Positions 18,434 to 28,253 of a DNA stretch of 64,000 nt are shown here, piece after piece. The notes under the pieces are model-generated. The model was given only the letters and a program-made list of their open reading frames with translations, did not search any database and was not told the DNA's origin. This DNA comes from a virus. Lineage: Duplodnaviria > Caudoviricetes. Positions within the stretch are counted from its first letter, which is position 1. Each line of letters opens with the position of its first letter. The stretch lies in the IMG/VR virus record IMGVR_UViG_2873571580_000001. One strand, 5' to 3'. A program made the position numbers and the translations under genes.

Positions 18434-19714
18434 CTATCTAACTTTACTTGAGCGACGGCCCAACAAGCCGAACACACCAAGGAGCGATGCAAGAGAAACC
18501 AAGCCCGTCCAACTAGTAGCTGGAACCGGCGCTATTTCCTTGATCGATGCAGGCGCTAAGGTAACTGTCGCTGTATTGTTGGTAGCAATGGGATCTTGTG
18601 GACTTCCCATCTGGGGCTGCGCAGTTATTCCGTGCACGTCAATCGATGCGACGCTAGGACCCATCCATGAAACCGAATAGACTGCAGTTTGACCAGAATC
18701 CAACGGTTGCGTTGCACTGATGGGGCCAGCACCCGATTGTGTCAAGCAAGGTGAACCTGAAGGTTGAAGCACACAAGTCCAAGCAGCAGTGACCCCATTA
18801 GCGACTCCCGGCAAAGGATCCGAAATAACAGCAGTGGTGGGGTCTGGTCCGTTGTTGTAAACGCTAAACGTATAGCTGTATTGGTTCAAACCGCCAGTCG
18901 GTACTTTCGCGACGGTGCTTGCACCAACAATGACCTCGGCAATAGCCTGCCTACTCATTGTGAAAAGCGTGTCATCCCAAGAGGCGCGACCGTCGGCGTT
19001 TAATCCCGTGCGATAGAGGTAAAAGCGCAACGCGTACGGCGTACCCGGCTGCAACGTGATTCCTGGCCCCGGCCCATCCGGCGCACGAACAAACTGATAA
19101 TCCACTCCGCCAATTAAGCTCACGTCATCTACTTGCTGCAACACTCCTCCAATGGAGTTACCAGCAGCATCCACCACATACGCAGCATAGCCAAACGAAC
19201 GGGGATGGATATTACCATTTAGATTCCAACGCTTGGCAATCAAAGCCGCGTTCAAATAAAATAAAGCGGACGATTCCGTGGAATCCGCATACATCATTGT
19301 TCCGGTTGTAAACGGAAACTCAATGAACTGCTGCGCATCAATGGCTGAGGACGCGTTGTTCGTCGACAAGCCAGAAATGATTTGGAAGTCCAGATATGTT
19401 GCATCGGGACTCGCACTCAGTCCCCCACCAAGTCGCTGCGGGACCGTTCCGGCCAAGAAATTTGTGTCGTGAGTATCACCTAACACAGGTGTTGGTCCCG
19501 TACTTAGCCCACTAGATCCCGGATACCAGTCTTGACTCAGAGTCCCCGGTGGACGGTTGCTCATCCAACCAGCAACCCAGCCGTCAAGCCCCGAAGCACT
19601 TGTCGGGGCGAAAACATATTGCTGCCCAAAGCTTGAAGTAGATGCGCTTACAACTAAAAATGCGCACGCGATAGACCTAAACTTCTTTGCATCTAAAAAC
19701 ATTTCTGCAACCAT
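18434..19714 (-). CDS. IPTL-CTERM-like sorted surface protein C (DUF11-like domain)
   Basis: Signal peptide; YTFSVYNNGPD...ISDPLP...WTC...NN.ATVT; C-terminus VPATSWTGLVSLASLLGVFGLLGRRSSKVR. Confidence 0.75.
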   Translation of the reverse strand: MVAEMFLDAKKFRSIACAFLVVSASTSSFGQQYVFAPTSASGLDGWVAGWMSNRPPGTLSQDWYPGSSGLSTGPTPVLGDTHDTNFLAGTVPQRLGGGLSASPDATYLDFQIISGLSTNNASSAIDAQQFIEFPFTTGTMMYADSTESSALFYLNAALIAKRWNLNGNIHPRSFGYAAYVVDAAGNSIGGVLQQVDDVSLIGGVDYQFVRAPDGPGPGITLQPGTPYALRFYLYRTGLNADGRASWDDTLFTMSRQAIAEVIVGASTVAKVPTGGLNQYSYTFSVYNNGPDPTTAVISDPLPGVANGVTAAWTCVLQPSGSPCLTQSGAGPISATQPLDSGQTAVYSVSWMGPSVASIDVHGITAQPQMGSPQDPIATNNTATVTLAPASIKEIAPVPATSWTGLVSLASLLGVFGLLGRRSSKVR

Positions 19715-20003
19715 TTATCGCTTCCTGCTGAAATTTGCGTTCTTTAACATCATGCTACCAAGACAGGTGGGATGACTGTCAACTAGAAATCGCTTTTTTT
19801 CTTGAGCTTCAGTCGTCTGGTCTGTAGCAACATTGAGTTTGAGCGAATCGTGTTATGTCCTTAAAGCAGCGCTCCGCACTCCAAAGCATGGGGCCGAGCT
19901 TTGTGGCCAGCGTGGATTGGGTCGCTCTGGAGCGGCGCGAGAGCGACCCTACCGCCGCTCTGGAGCGGCTCTAGGTGCAGACTGTGGCACAGTCATGGCT
20001 ACT

Positions 20004-21236
20004 ATGAAAATCCTGATGCTGCTCGAACCAGTGGGCTATCGCGAGGGCCCTCAGTTTCTGACCTGCCACCTTTTTTGGGCGGATCTCATTGATGCAGCCG
20101 TTCGGTGCTTGGGCGGCATATTAGCGTTGGCCTCCAACAATACAATTTGTGAGCACTGGCAAGCAGTAGACGCGACGCGGCCCTGCTTTGCCATCGACGA
20201 AGACGCCGTACTGGCTGATTTCGGAGGCGACCGGCATTTTTACGCGAAAACCTTGTACCGGAAGTCGCTGCATACGAACTATCTATGTCGCAGACTCAAG
20301 GAAATCAAGCAAACCTTTGAACCCGATTTGGTTTTAATGACTTCGCAAAACGAATTTGTCCGTTGCGTGTTCGCCGCCACACCACAATTGTGGCTGGAAC
20401 AATCACCTCTGCCTCGCTTAGGGCAGCCTTTCAGAACATTTTTCGACCCCTGCGGCCATCAGGTTGGATCAATGTTGGAAACGTGCAAGCAAGACATTAT
20501 CTCCCTCGCCCTTGACCCGCTGCGCCGCTCGCAGATGGAAGCGTCGTTCGAGCGGGCTATGCAATTCACACAGAATGTCGATCCGCGCGCTGATTCGGCG
20601 CGCCAGGAATTGGCCGAGCTCCGGGTCGATCACAAGGTCGCGCTGCTCGCTACTCAACCCAGCGACTGGGTCACATTCGAGGGGGCGGGTGGAACGACGC
20701 CGCTGCGCGAACTGGTGCTGGACTGGGCCCACGGCCTTCCTCCGGGCTGGATAGGTGTGCCGACGCTCCATCCCGGGGATCAAGCGGGCCTATTCCTTTC
20801 GGAGTTAGCGCCGCTGAAAGATCCGAAACTGTACTGCTTGTCCCCAACTAATATCATGGGACTGACGGACGCACTTATCCCTAAGGCCGATGGCTTGGTG
20901 ACGCTTAGTTCGAGCTGCGCAATGTCTGCCCTTTTGCTCCAAAAGCCTGTAGTGGTGACCGGCAGCAGCCCTTTTCGGACATGGGGCGTTGAGAGCCCCG
21001 CACAAATCGAGCAATGCGCACCGTTGACGGATGACCAAGTGGTCGGATTGCTGGCTTTTCTAACCAATCGCTACTCTTTCGCGCTGGATGACATGCGTAA
21101 CGACCCAAACATGCTGGGGGCATTGTTTGTCGAAACCGTAAATCGCAACGGCGCAGCACATGCTTATTTCGACCTTTCCGGTTGGAGGATAGAGAAGTTC
21201 AACCGATTGTTCTGTTGGACAGAAGGCCAGAATTGA
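20004..21236 (+). CDS. Capsule-synthesis/KpsS-like glycosyltransferase
   Basis: LLATQPSD...TLHP...LIPKADGLVTLSSSCAMSALLLQKPVVVTG pattern; opposite strand to phage late genes. Confidence 0.6.
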   Translation: MKILMLLEPVGYREGPQFLTCHLFWADLIDAAVRCLGGILALASNNTICEHWQAVDATRPCFAIDEDAVLADFGGDRHFYAKTLYRKSLHTNYLCRRLKEIKQTFEPDLVLMTSQNEFVRCVFAATPQLWLEQSPLPRLGQPFRTFFDPCGHQVGSMLETCKQDIISLALDPLRRSQMEASFERAMQFTQNVDPRADSARQELAELRVDHKVALLATQPSDWVTFEGAGGTTPLRELVLDWAHGLPPGWIGVPTLHPGDQAGLFLSELAPLKDPKLYCLSPTNIMGLTDALIPKADGLVTLSSSCAMSALLLQKPVVVTGSSPFRTWGVESPAQIEQCAPLTDDQVVGLLAFLTNRYSFALDDMRNDPNMLGALFVETVNRNGAAHAYFDLSGWRIEKFNRLFCWTEGQN

Positions 21237-21548
21237 TTACGAATTGTCGAGCTAGTGATCGAGACTCAACCGGCTCCTTAGCCCGAACTTATGATGCTCT
21301 GGCGTGGAGCAAGAGCGACGTCACCTACATTCTGGAACGACTCCAGGCGCACGAAGAGACGCCTCAACCCGGCACAGGGTACGGGGTAATGTCGGGATGT
21401 TACAGCGAGACAACGAGGGGCTCACCGGAAGTGGCCAACGCTGGCCGGAAGTAGTGCCCATCCGGCAACAGACGGCCAGTATCAAACATCCCAGCAAGTG
21501 AAATGAGTGACTGCCACCCTCAGATGCGGAATTTCGTCTTGTGAAGCA

Positions 21549-23009
21549 TCAACCAACGGTGTTTTTGTAAATCACCCCGTCCTTCATAACGACGGCAAGG
21601 TTTTTTTCGGGGTCTGCAAACAGCTGTATGTTTGCCAGCGGGTCGCCATTGACTAGTAGCATGTCTGCATAGGCGCCTTCTTCAATCAAACCAAGTTTGC
21701 CAGGATACGGACTGCGTTGCCCTGACATGGCGAGCACCTCGGCGTTGACGGTTGTTGCAGTCGTCAGTATTTCGAGTGAGCTGTACCAACGGGTCATCTT
21801 TGCGAGTTGCGCCCCTTGTCGTTTGGCCAATTTCGCATCAAACAATGTGTCCGTGCCCCATGCCGTTTTCAGCTTGTATTTCTTAGCCAGCGCGTAGGCG
21901 TTGTCGGTTCCCTGCGTCATCTGCAACTGCTTGGCGCGGTTGAGCGAGCCCTCAGGAAAAGGAGTGGCGTCCTCGTCATCGAGAAACGGCTGCATGCTGA
22001 GCCAGATGCCCTTGTCGGCCATGATGCGGGCCGTGGAATCGTCCATCAGTTGGCCATGCTCAATACAGCGCACACCGCCTCGAATAGCGGTTTGAATTGC
22101 GCGTGCCGTATATGCGTGAACGGTGACGTAGGTGCCCCAGTTTTCTGCGGCGTCGACCGCCGCACGGAACTCGGCTTCTGTGTACTGCGAAACGTCTATG
22201 GGGTCATAGTTGGACGACACCCCGCCGCCCGCAGCAAGTTTGAGCTGGCTAGCTCCGTGCATGAGCTGTTCTCGCGCTCTCTTCAACACTTCAGCAGGAC
22301 CATCGGCTATGGCACCTCCGCCAATTGCGTCGCCGCGGCTCAACGGCGCGCCCGGGGAAGAAGGCAGTTCGTAGAGCTGGCGGTAGTCCCCATGGCCCGA
22401 GGTCTGCGAAATCATAGCGCCAGAGGGCCAGATACGCGGTCCTGCAACCAGTCCGGAGTCGATGGCGCGCTTCAGACTAAAACTCGGACCGGCCATGTCG
22501 CGCACACTCGTAAAGCCTCGCAGCAGCACATCCGTTGCTTCTTTTGCGGCTGCCAAGTTAATGAAGCCCACATCAGCAGTCAGCAACTGACTGATGGGTA
22601 ACGAAGCCATCATGATGTGGTAATGGGCGTCAATCAGCCCTGGCATCAAGGTGCGTCCACCACCATCAATGACCTTGACCCCTGTTAGCGGTACGGCGCC
22701 AGACGCCCCTACCGTTTTTATCTTATTTCCTTCCACAACCACAGTGAGTCCACCACGGAGTGCATTCGATTTGCCATCGAATACCTGCACATCTGTGAAA
22801 GCGACTAGCCCCCTTGGAGGTTCGCCATTGATGGCTGAGGCCGCTTTTGGCCACAGTGCGGAGACACCTGCGGCCGCTGTTCCTGCCAAAAAACTGCGGC
22901 GCGACAGCTTGTCGTCCACCTGTTCGCACCACCTAGCAAAGGCAGGGCTATGGCAAATACACTGGAACAAGCGTGGCGATGAAGCATCGGGAATGGCGGA
23001 GTCAGACAT
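21549..23009 (-). CDS. Tat-exported metal-dependent amidohydrolase (Xaa-Pro dipeptidase-like)
   Basis: SRRSFL twin-arginine motif; PGLIDAHYH, VTVHAY, IEHG, WGTD metal ligands. Confidence 0.85.
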   Translation of the reverse strand: MSDSAIPDASSPRLFQCICHSPAFARWCEQVDDKLSRRSFLAGTAAAGVSALWPKAASAINGEPPRGLVAFTDVQVFDGKSNALRGGLTVVVEGNKIKTVGASGAVPLTGVKVIDGGGRTLMPGLIDAHYHIMMASLPISQLLTADVGFINLAAAKEATDVLLRGFTSVRDMAGPSFSLKRAIDSGLVAGPRIWPSGAMISQTSGHGDYRQLYELPSSPGAPLSRGDAIGGGAIADGPAEVLKRAREQLMHGASQLKLAAGGGVSSNYDPIDVSQYTEAEFRAAVDAAENWGTYVTVHAYTARAIQTAIRGGVRCIEHGQLMDDSTARIMADKGIWLSMQPFLDDEDATPFPEGSLNRAKQLQMTQGTDNAYALAKKYKLKTAWGTDTLFDAKLAKRQGAQLAKMTRWYSSLEILTTATTVNAEVLAMSGQRSPYPGKLGLIEEGAYADMLLVNGDPLANIQLFADPEKNLAVVMKDGVIYKNTVG

Positions 23010-23112
23010 GGCGTAACCTTTCAGATGGAAATCGACGCCATGACCTACGCCAGAAAGGCGCGCTCAAGGCCCTGCGTTGCAAGAACTGAGTGTGGGAGGG
23101 GCGGCAGCGTGT

Positions 23113-23871
23113 TCAGAATTGCCACGTTAGCCCTAAAAGGGGGCCCGCCATGTGGATGTCAATCAAGGTGCCGCTGCGGCGGTAATCGAGTGACAGATAG
23201 CGATAGCCAGCCGAGACGTAAAACGAGTCCTGCAGCTTGTAATTCAACGTTCCAATTACCTGCCAGGTGGACTTGGAATCCACGCCAAAACCGCCAACAT
23301 CGCCATACACAAGGGCAGACCACCGGGGCGTCAACGCTTTGTTGAAACGCACGGCAAGGACGGGGTCTACTATGGAAAGACTGGACTTCGCGTTGATCCC
23401 AATCGCTGGAGCACGAGCTGAGACCTTAATGTCCCAAGCTCTCATGCCGGCCAACAGGTCCACCGTTGAACCGGGTTCATCAAACGCTCGGTAGCCTCCC
23501 GCCAACGTCAGTGAGGTATTGCGTAGTTTGCCGGTAGCGCCAACGCCTGGAGCTACTTCTCCGTCTGCGCCAATGCTGGAGTAGGTTAGGTCGCCGAAAA
23601 GAATAAGGCGACCACGTTGCGCGAGTCCCGACACAAATGCGGCCGCGTTGAGATCGTGCAAAACATCGCGAAACGAATTGCTCATCTCAACCGATGGCGT
23701 TGCCGCCATGGGGCGTATTGTGCCCCCCATTCCGGCCATCCAAATGTATGGGGTGACCTGAAAGGCCCAATGGTCGAATCCCTCCTCCGCAGCGGCAGGC
23801 ATAGAAAGCAGCATGACGCCTGACATCGCAATCATGCCGTTTAAAGACTTTGATACCCAGAGCATTGCCAT
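23113..23871 (-). CDS. Outer-membrane beta-barrel protein
   Basis: Signal peptide, alternating beta-strand pattern, C-terminal GPLLGLTWQF. Confidence 0.75.
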   Translation of the reverse strand: MAMLWVSKSLNGMIAMSGVMLLSMPAAAEEGFDHWAFQVTPYIWMAGMGGTIRPMAATPSVEMSNSFRDVLHDLNAAAFVSGLAQRGRLILFGDLTYSSIGADGEVAPGVGATGKLRNTSLTLAGGYRAFDEPGSTVDLLAGMRAWDIKVSARAPAIGINAKSSLSIVDPVLAVRFNKALTPRWSALVYGDVGGFGVDSKSTWQVIGTLNYKLQDSFYVSAGYRYLSLDYRRSGTLIDIHMAGPLLGLTWQF

Positions 23872-24031
23872 TCGTTGGACCTTCGTGGGTTTGGTCTTGC
23901 ATCATAGTTGGCCGCACCCGATGATGTCCAGCGAACCAGCAGGTCGCTTAACTTATTTTCAAGGGACGAACTTGAACGCCCTACTGTGAACCAGGCGCTC
24001 AGCAATTCAAGGCCAAGGACGGCTTTGGGTC

Positions 24032-24170
24032 GAGACTGCGTGAAAACTCATTCAATCAGGAAGTTCAGAGGTCTTCTCAGCATTCCCCGTCTCAAGAAAA
24101 ACGCATACAGAGCAATCTGAGAGGTCAGTTTTTTGTCGAAGTCAGTGCCGAGCCCGTTTTCGACCGCCTC
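24032..24170. mobile_element. Possible MITE / IS-end remnant
   Basis: Imperfect terminal IRs GAGACTGCGTGAAAAC and GTTTTCGACCGCCTC, no transposase; at the cargo/lysis junction. Confidence 0.4.
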
Positions 24171-24185
24171 GGTAGTATCCGAACG

Positions 24186-24713
24186 CTACTTGTCAACCTT
24201 CATCGCTTCAACCCCAGACCGCCAGCAGGTTTCAGCATACCGCTGAAGGTAGTCGAGCTTTTCGGCGTCAAGCTGGACGGACTCTCGGAGATCGAGAACA
24301 CGGCTTGCAGCTTCGCGGTCGAGTTCGACGGCTGCATCGCCCAAGCTGCTGGCGCTTGAATCTGCGGCCCCGCCACCGGTGGGCTCACGCACGACTCGGG
24401 TGACGATGCGCACCCCGCAAGTGCCAAGACGCACGCACTCGCGCAGGCTACGGTTTTCTTGATCATTTTTGGCGATCCTCTCTGTTGCTGATTTGTCGGC
24501 TATGCTGATTGCGGCGTTCGCGGCTTGCTCGAGCTTGCGAACTGCGGTCACAGCGTCGGTCGTCTTCCGCGCTATCCCGGCCAGCACTTCGGCGTGCTGC
24601 CGCTTCACGTCGGCCTGATCGGCACCGGTGCGCCAGCCGTTGACGGCCCAACCAGCGGTAAGGCCGAGCGCGAAGAGAACGGAGGCGATGATGGCTTTGG
24701 CGTAGGTGGTCAT
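24186..24713 (-). CDS. i-spanin (Rz-like)
   Basis: N-terminal TM helix then Ala-rich coiled coil; end of lysis cassette. Confidence 0.75.
   Translation of the reverse strand: MTTYAKAIIASVLFALGLTAGWAVNGWRTGADQADVKRQHAEVLAGIARKTTDAVTAVRKLEQAANAAISIADKSATERIAKNDQENRSLRECVRLGTCGVRIVTRVVREPTGGGAADSSASSLGDAAVELDREAASRVLDLRESVQLDAEKLDYLQRYAETCWRSGVEAMKVDK
24200..24466 (-). CDS. Embedded o-spanin lipoprotein (Rz1-like)
   Basis: Lipobox LAG-C, Pro-rich, nested in another frame of the Rz-like gene. Confidence 0.7.
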   Translation of the reverse strand: MIKKTVACASACVLALAGCASSPESCVSPPVAGPQIQAPAAWAMQPSNSTAKLQAVFSISESPSSLTPKSSTTFSGMLKPAGGLGLKR

Positions 24714-24913
24714 GCTTGCTCCCATGGCTTACTCTTGGCCTCGGTTTTGATCACGGCTGAAATCTCGCCCCTCGGCACGCCGTCCTTGACTAGCGCTTGA
24801 ATGCGTTTCGCCATCCATGCAAGCTCGGCCTGTGGGATGCCAGAGAACGCAGACATCGCCGCCACTCCGTTGTAGGTTTTTCCGTCTTTGTTCCTGAATT
24901 GCTCAAGCATCAC
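24710..24913 (-). CDS. Small hypothetical inside lysis cassette
   Basis: Start/stop overlap with both neighbours. Confidence 0.6.
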   Translation of the reverse strand: MMLEQFRNKDGKTYNGVAAMSAFSGIPQAELAWMAKRIQALVKDGVPRGEISAVIKTEAKSKPWEQA

Positions 24914-25539
24914 AAACCCTCCTCACACAACTCCCCATTGGCATCCGCCCGGACCATCAACCCCGGCAGCGCCACGGACACGCCATTGACCGTGCCTCTG
25001 TTCCAACGCGGGTTTTCGCGGCACGCGCCCACCAGGTCGCCCGCATTCGCCTTGCGCAGCATCGTGGACGACGCAAAAGCGCCCTCGCCTTTGTTGTGCA
25101 AGAAGTCGATGAACGTGGCTTGAGTGAACGCGCCGTACGTGTCCCACAAACGAAGAAGCCGCTTTGCAGCGGCCTCGGATCGGATGTAGCGGGCTTTCTC
25201 AAGCCGGTAGCAGTCACTCGGCGTGTAGTACCTCAGCACCACATCCGGGCCGGTGATCCCGTTGCAAACAGTCAGGGGTTGCCCCTTGCCCAGCTTGTCG
25301 ATGTACGGGTCGCCAATGTGCCGATAGCTGGACTCGTAGTAAGAGCCCATCACCATGGCGATCTTGACCGCCGTGGATGTGCTTGTGTCCTCGGCTACGG
25401 CTTGGATGTACTCATTGCGCTTGGCTTCGGCTGCTGCAATGGCTTGCTCGCGCTCACCGACAACGTAGCCGCCACCCACCCCACCGAGCAGGACAAGGGC
25501 CAGCAGGCCCGTGCGAAGTGCGTCAGGAATTTTGCTCAT
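24910..25539 (-). CDS. Endolysin, lysozyme family, probable SAR anchor
   Basis: Gly/Ala-rich N-terminal hydrophobic segment; YES...YID......TVCNGITG, FLHNKG, S.MLRK.NAGD...AC...RW motifs. Confidence 0.85.
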   Translation of the reverse strand: MSKIPDALRTGLLALVLLGGVGGGYVVGEREQAIAAAEAKRNEYIQAVAEDTSTSTAVKIAMVMGSYYESSYRHIGDPYIDKLGKGQPLTVCNGITGPDVVLRYYTPSDCYRLEKARYIRSEAAAKRLLRLWDTYGAFTQATFIDFLHNKGEGAFASSTMLRKANAGDLVGACRENPRWNRGTVNGVSVALPGLMVRADANGELCEEGL

Positions 25540-25780
25540 CACACTCTCCAAACTTGCACGCCCAGCGGCCCCATCGATACCGGCAGAGCCAGCGGCACAG
25601 CTTGCGGCCCAAGTCCGTCTCTTCGCGCATCCACTTGCGTGCGTAGTAGCCGATCTGCACCAGCAGCAGCACCACGGTCAGAACCATGATGATCCATTGG
25701 CCCGTGAGCAAAAACGCCGCTTGCCCCGGCACTTGTCCAGCCAGTCCCATTGCAATATCCCTCGCCTCTGTTTGATTCAT
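25523..25780 (-). CDS. Holin
   Basis: 85 aa, hydrophobic segment then basic C-terminus, directly upstream of endolysin. Confidence 0.7.
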   Translation of the reverse strand: MNQTEARDIAMGLAGQVPGQAAFLLTGQWIIMVLTVVLLLVQIGYYARKWMREETDLGRKLCRWLCRYRWGRWACKFGECDEQNS

Positions 25781-25838
25781 CGTTGGCCTTTCGGAAAAAA
25801 GAAAACCCGCCGAAGCGGGTCTGTTGGTGTTGTCAGGC

Positions 25839-26399
25839 TCACAGGGCCTTGGCGTAGTCGAAGAGCGCCTGCAGGTCGCCCTCGGACAAACTGAGCGATG
25901 CAGCCAGCATCTGCACGGTCGGGCTATCGCTCTCAATCGATGCTGCGCCCTGCCAGTCCACGCGCGCCCGGTAGCGCTGCGTCTCGTCCGGGATCTGATC
26001 GATCTGTGCATCGATGTCGCTGTCCTTGATGCCTCGCAGGTCGAACAGCGCGAGCAGCGCCTGACGTTTTGTGATCGTGATTCGTGCTGCATCTGCTGAG
26101 GCCTTTTCATCGGCCACGCGCTGCGCGTCGATTTGCGCCAGCTCGTCGCCGTTCAGGGCAACGATTTGCCACTTTTGCGTCAGCACGCCGCCCACTTTTT
26201 TCGGTGCGATCTGCACGGCCTTATGAGTCGTTGCGTCGTGCTCTGGCTGGACCGTGGCCGAGTAGCTCTCGAAGTGCTCCAGCACTCCCTCAAACTCATC
26301 CGCGATCATCGCCACGCGGCCCGCCTGCGCAAACCACGAGCGCATATCACCAACCGACAAGCCGAATTCGCCCGTTTCTGTGTTTCGAATGTTGTTCAT
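25839..26399 (-). CDS. Tail fibre assembly/chaperone-like protein
   Basis: Follows fibre genes; ITKRQ..LAL...W..A..IE.D.P.V..L motif. Confidence 0.6.
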   Translation of the reverse strand: MNNIRNTETGEFGLSVGDMRSWFAQAGRVAMIADEFEGVLEHFESYSATVQPEHDATTHKAVQIAPKKVGGVLTQKWQIVALNGDELAQIDAQRVADEKASADAARITITKRQALLALFDLRGIKDSDIDAQIDQIPDETQRYRARVDWQGAASIESDSPTVQMLAASLSLSEGDLQALFDYAKAL

Positions 26400-26406
26400 G
26401 TGATCC

Positions 26407-27102
26407 TCAATTGATCAGCCCGCCCAAGCGCGTGCCCGTGGCGATCCAAGTGACTTTGCTGTTGCCGTTGACTGCGTTGCCAGCGGCCACTCCCGCCTGG
26501 GCATATGACTCATATCCAGCTGCCGAATAGTTGCCTCCCACGGAGCCATCAGCGCCAGCAGACCCAGCAGTACCCCATGCGCCACCATTTCCACCGGGGC
26601 CGCCGCTGGCCCATGGGCGCGTGCCAACGACGGAGCCGGAATATTCGCTGTAGCTGCCGCTTGCGCCATTGCCTGCAGCCACAACTGTCAGCGAGCTTGC
26701 ATTCAGGAAGCCCTGCCCATCACCGCCAGCACCACCCGCACCGCCGACTCGACTAGCGCTGTAGTCACACCAGACTGATGCTCCCGCGCCGCCCTTGCCG
26801 CCGCCACCGCTGATGATGCCGAGATTGTTGATCTCCACGGCGACGCCAGTGGTCAATGCGGTTCCTGAGTTCAGCACACCGCCGATCCGCGTGGATGCGG
26901 AAATGTTGATACGCAAGCCACCCGCGAAAGCTGTTGATCCAAGATTCAGCGTATTGATCAGTGGTGCGGTGATGTTGACGATCAGCGGTTTGCTAGGACT
27001 CCAGCCAGCAGCAATGGCGAGTGCGCGGATATCTGGATTTGCGACCGAGGCTGTGATGTTCAGCGTAAACGCTCCACCACTGGCAGCGATCAATCTGGAC
27101 AT
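26407..27102 (-). CDS. Glycine-rich receptor-binding tip (T-even gp38-like adhesin)
   Basis: INNLGIISGGGGKGGAG and several GxGGxG loops; coupled to fibre gene. Confidence 0.65.
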   Translation of the reverse strand: MSRLIAASGGAFTLNITASVANPDIRALAIAAGWSPSKPLIVNITAPLINTLNLGSTAFAGGLRINISASTRIGGVLNSGTALTTGVAVEINNLGIISGGGGKGGAGASVWCDYSASRVGGAGGAGGDGQGFLNASSLTVVAAGNGASGSYSEYSGSVVGTRPWASGGPGGNGGAWGTAGSAGADGSVGGNYSAAGYESYAQAGVAAGNAVNGNSKVTWIATGTRLGGLIN

Positions 27103-28253
27103 CACCATGGGTGCAGCCCTCCGTCGTATGCCTGCCAATTGCCGTCCTGCCGAGCCACGAGCGTGACAGTCAGGATGTGACTCGCGACGCCTGCGCGGAT
27201 GCCGCCCACTGGAGCCTTGACATTGCTCGAAAACGCAATCGACGAGACCGAAGGAAACGAGAACATCAACGTGATCTGATCACCCGGCTTACGCGATGCA
27301 GCAAGCGTGACTGTCAGCGGAGCACTGATGTCGATGTACTGCAACGTGGCCTCGCGGGGGTTCGCCGTGTACGCGGAGCCGGGTGCGGAAACGTACTTCG
27401 ATTTTTCCATCAGCGAGATGTCGCCGAAGAATCGCTGCCACGAGCTCCACGTCGAGTCGTGCAGCGAGCGGACGAACATCGACGACTGCTCAGCGCCGGC
27501 AAAGACTTGCCATGCGATTTGAGTGCGCCGAGTCCCGGAGCCAAACGTGAATACATTCCAGTACGACGGAAACCCCGATGCAGGCCAGTCCGCGCCAGCA
27601 GATGCAGTACCGGGAAAAGTCGCCCACTGCCCCAGTGGCGCATCAGACATGTACGCTGCCTCAGCCATCATCTGAGCGCCGCTTGTCACTGCATTGGTGA
27701 TCCCGTACCCACTGACTGTTGACGGCTTGTTGAGCACCTGAGTCGCCCAATCTACCGTGGCCGGATTCCCCACACCCACAACCCACGCAGTGCCAGACCA
27801 CCAGTGCCAGCTGGAGCTTGTCGTGTTCGTGTACCACGCGCCCACCTGGAGCGCCGCGCCTTGGTTGTCGGTCGTTGGGGCGGAGGTCTTCGCGCCGAGG
27901 TAGAGCTTCTGCATCGTGGCGAGGGATGCGGCTGCCGTGCCCGCACTGGTCGATGCCGCCGAGGCACTGCCAGAGGCAGCCGTTGCCGATGAGGCTGCTG
28001 CATTCCGGTAGCCCATGGCGGCGTTCGCCTGCCCATCCGCAGCCGTCGCAGATGCTGCTGCCGCACCAGCGCGTTCATTCGCCGCCGTCGCGTTGTTCCA
28101 CACATTTTGGATCGCCGCATTCATCTGGCTTACCAGCTTTTTCAAGGCCGCGACAAGGTTGAACGACTTCGTGTTGAACTCTGCTGGCGTGTCCGTTGGC
28201 AACGGCTCAGGGGGCAGTGCGTCAATGCCAGGTGGCGTGACAATATCGGTCAT
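27102..28253 (-). CDS. Tail fibre protein with knob-type domain
   Basis: Ala/Ser-rich shaft; W.V.T.G...R.TQ.A......F.R...D..WS.W knob motif. Confidence 0.75.
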   Translation of the reverse strand: MTDIVTPPGIDALPPEPLPTDTPAEFNTKSFNLVAALKKLVSQMNAAIQNVWNNATAANERAGAAAASATAADGQANAAMGYRNAAASSATAASGSASAASTSAGTAAASLATMQKLYLGAKTSAPTTDNQGAALQVGAWYTNTTSSSWHWWSGTAWVVGVGNPATVDWATQVLNKPSTVSGYGITNAVTSGAQMMAEAAYMSDAPLGQWATFPGTASAGADWPASGFPSYWNVFTFGSGTRRTQIAWQVFAGAEQSSMFVRSLHDSTWSSWQRFFGDISLMEKSKYVSAPGSAYTANPREATLQYIDISAPLTVTLAASRKPGDQITLMFSFPSVSSIAFSSNVKAPVGGIRAGVASHILTVTLVARQDGNWQAYDGGLHPW

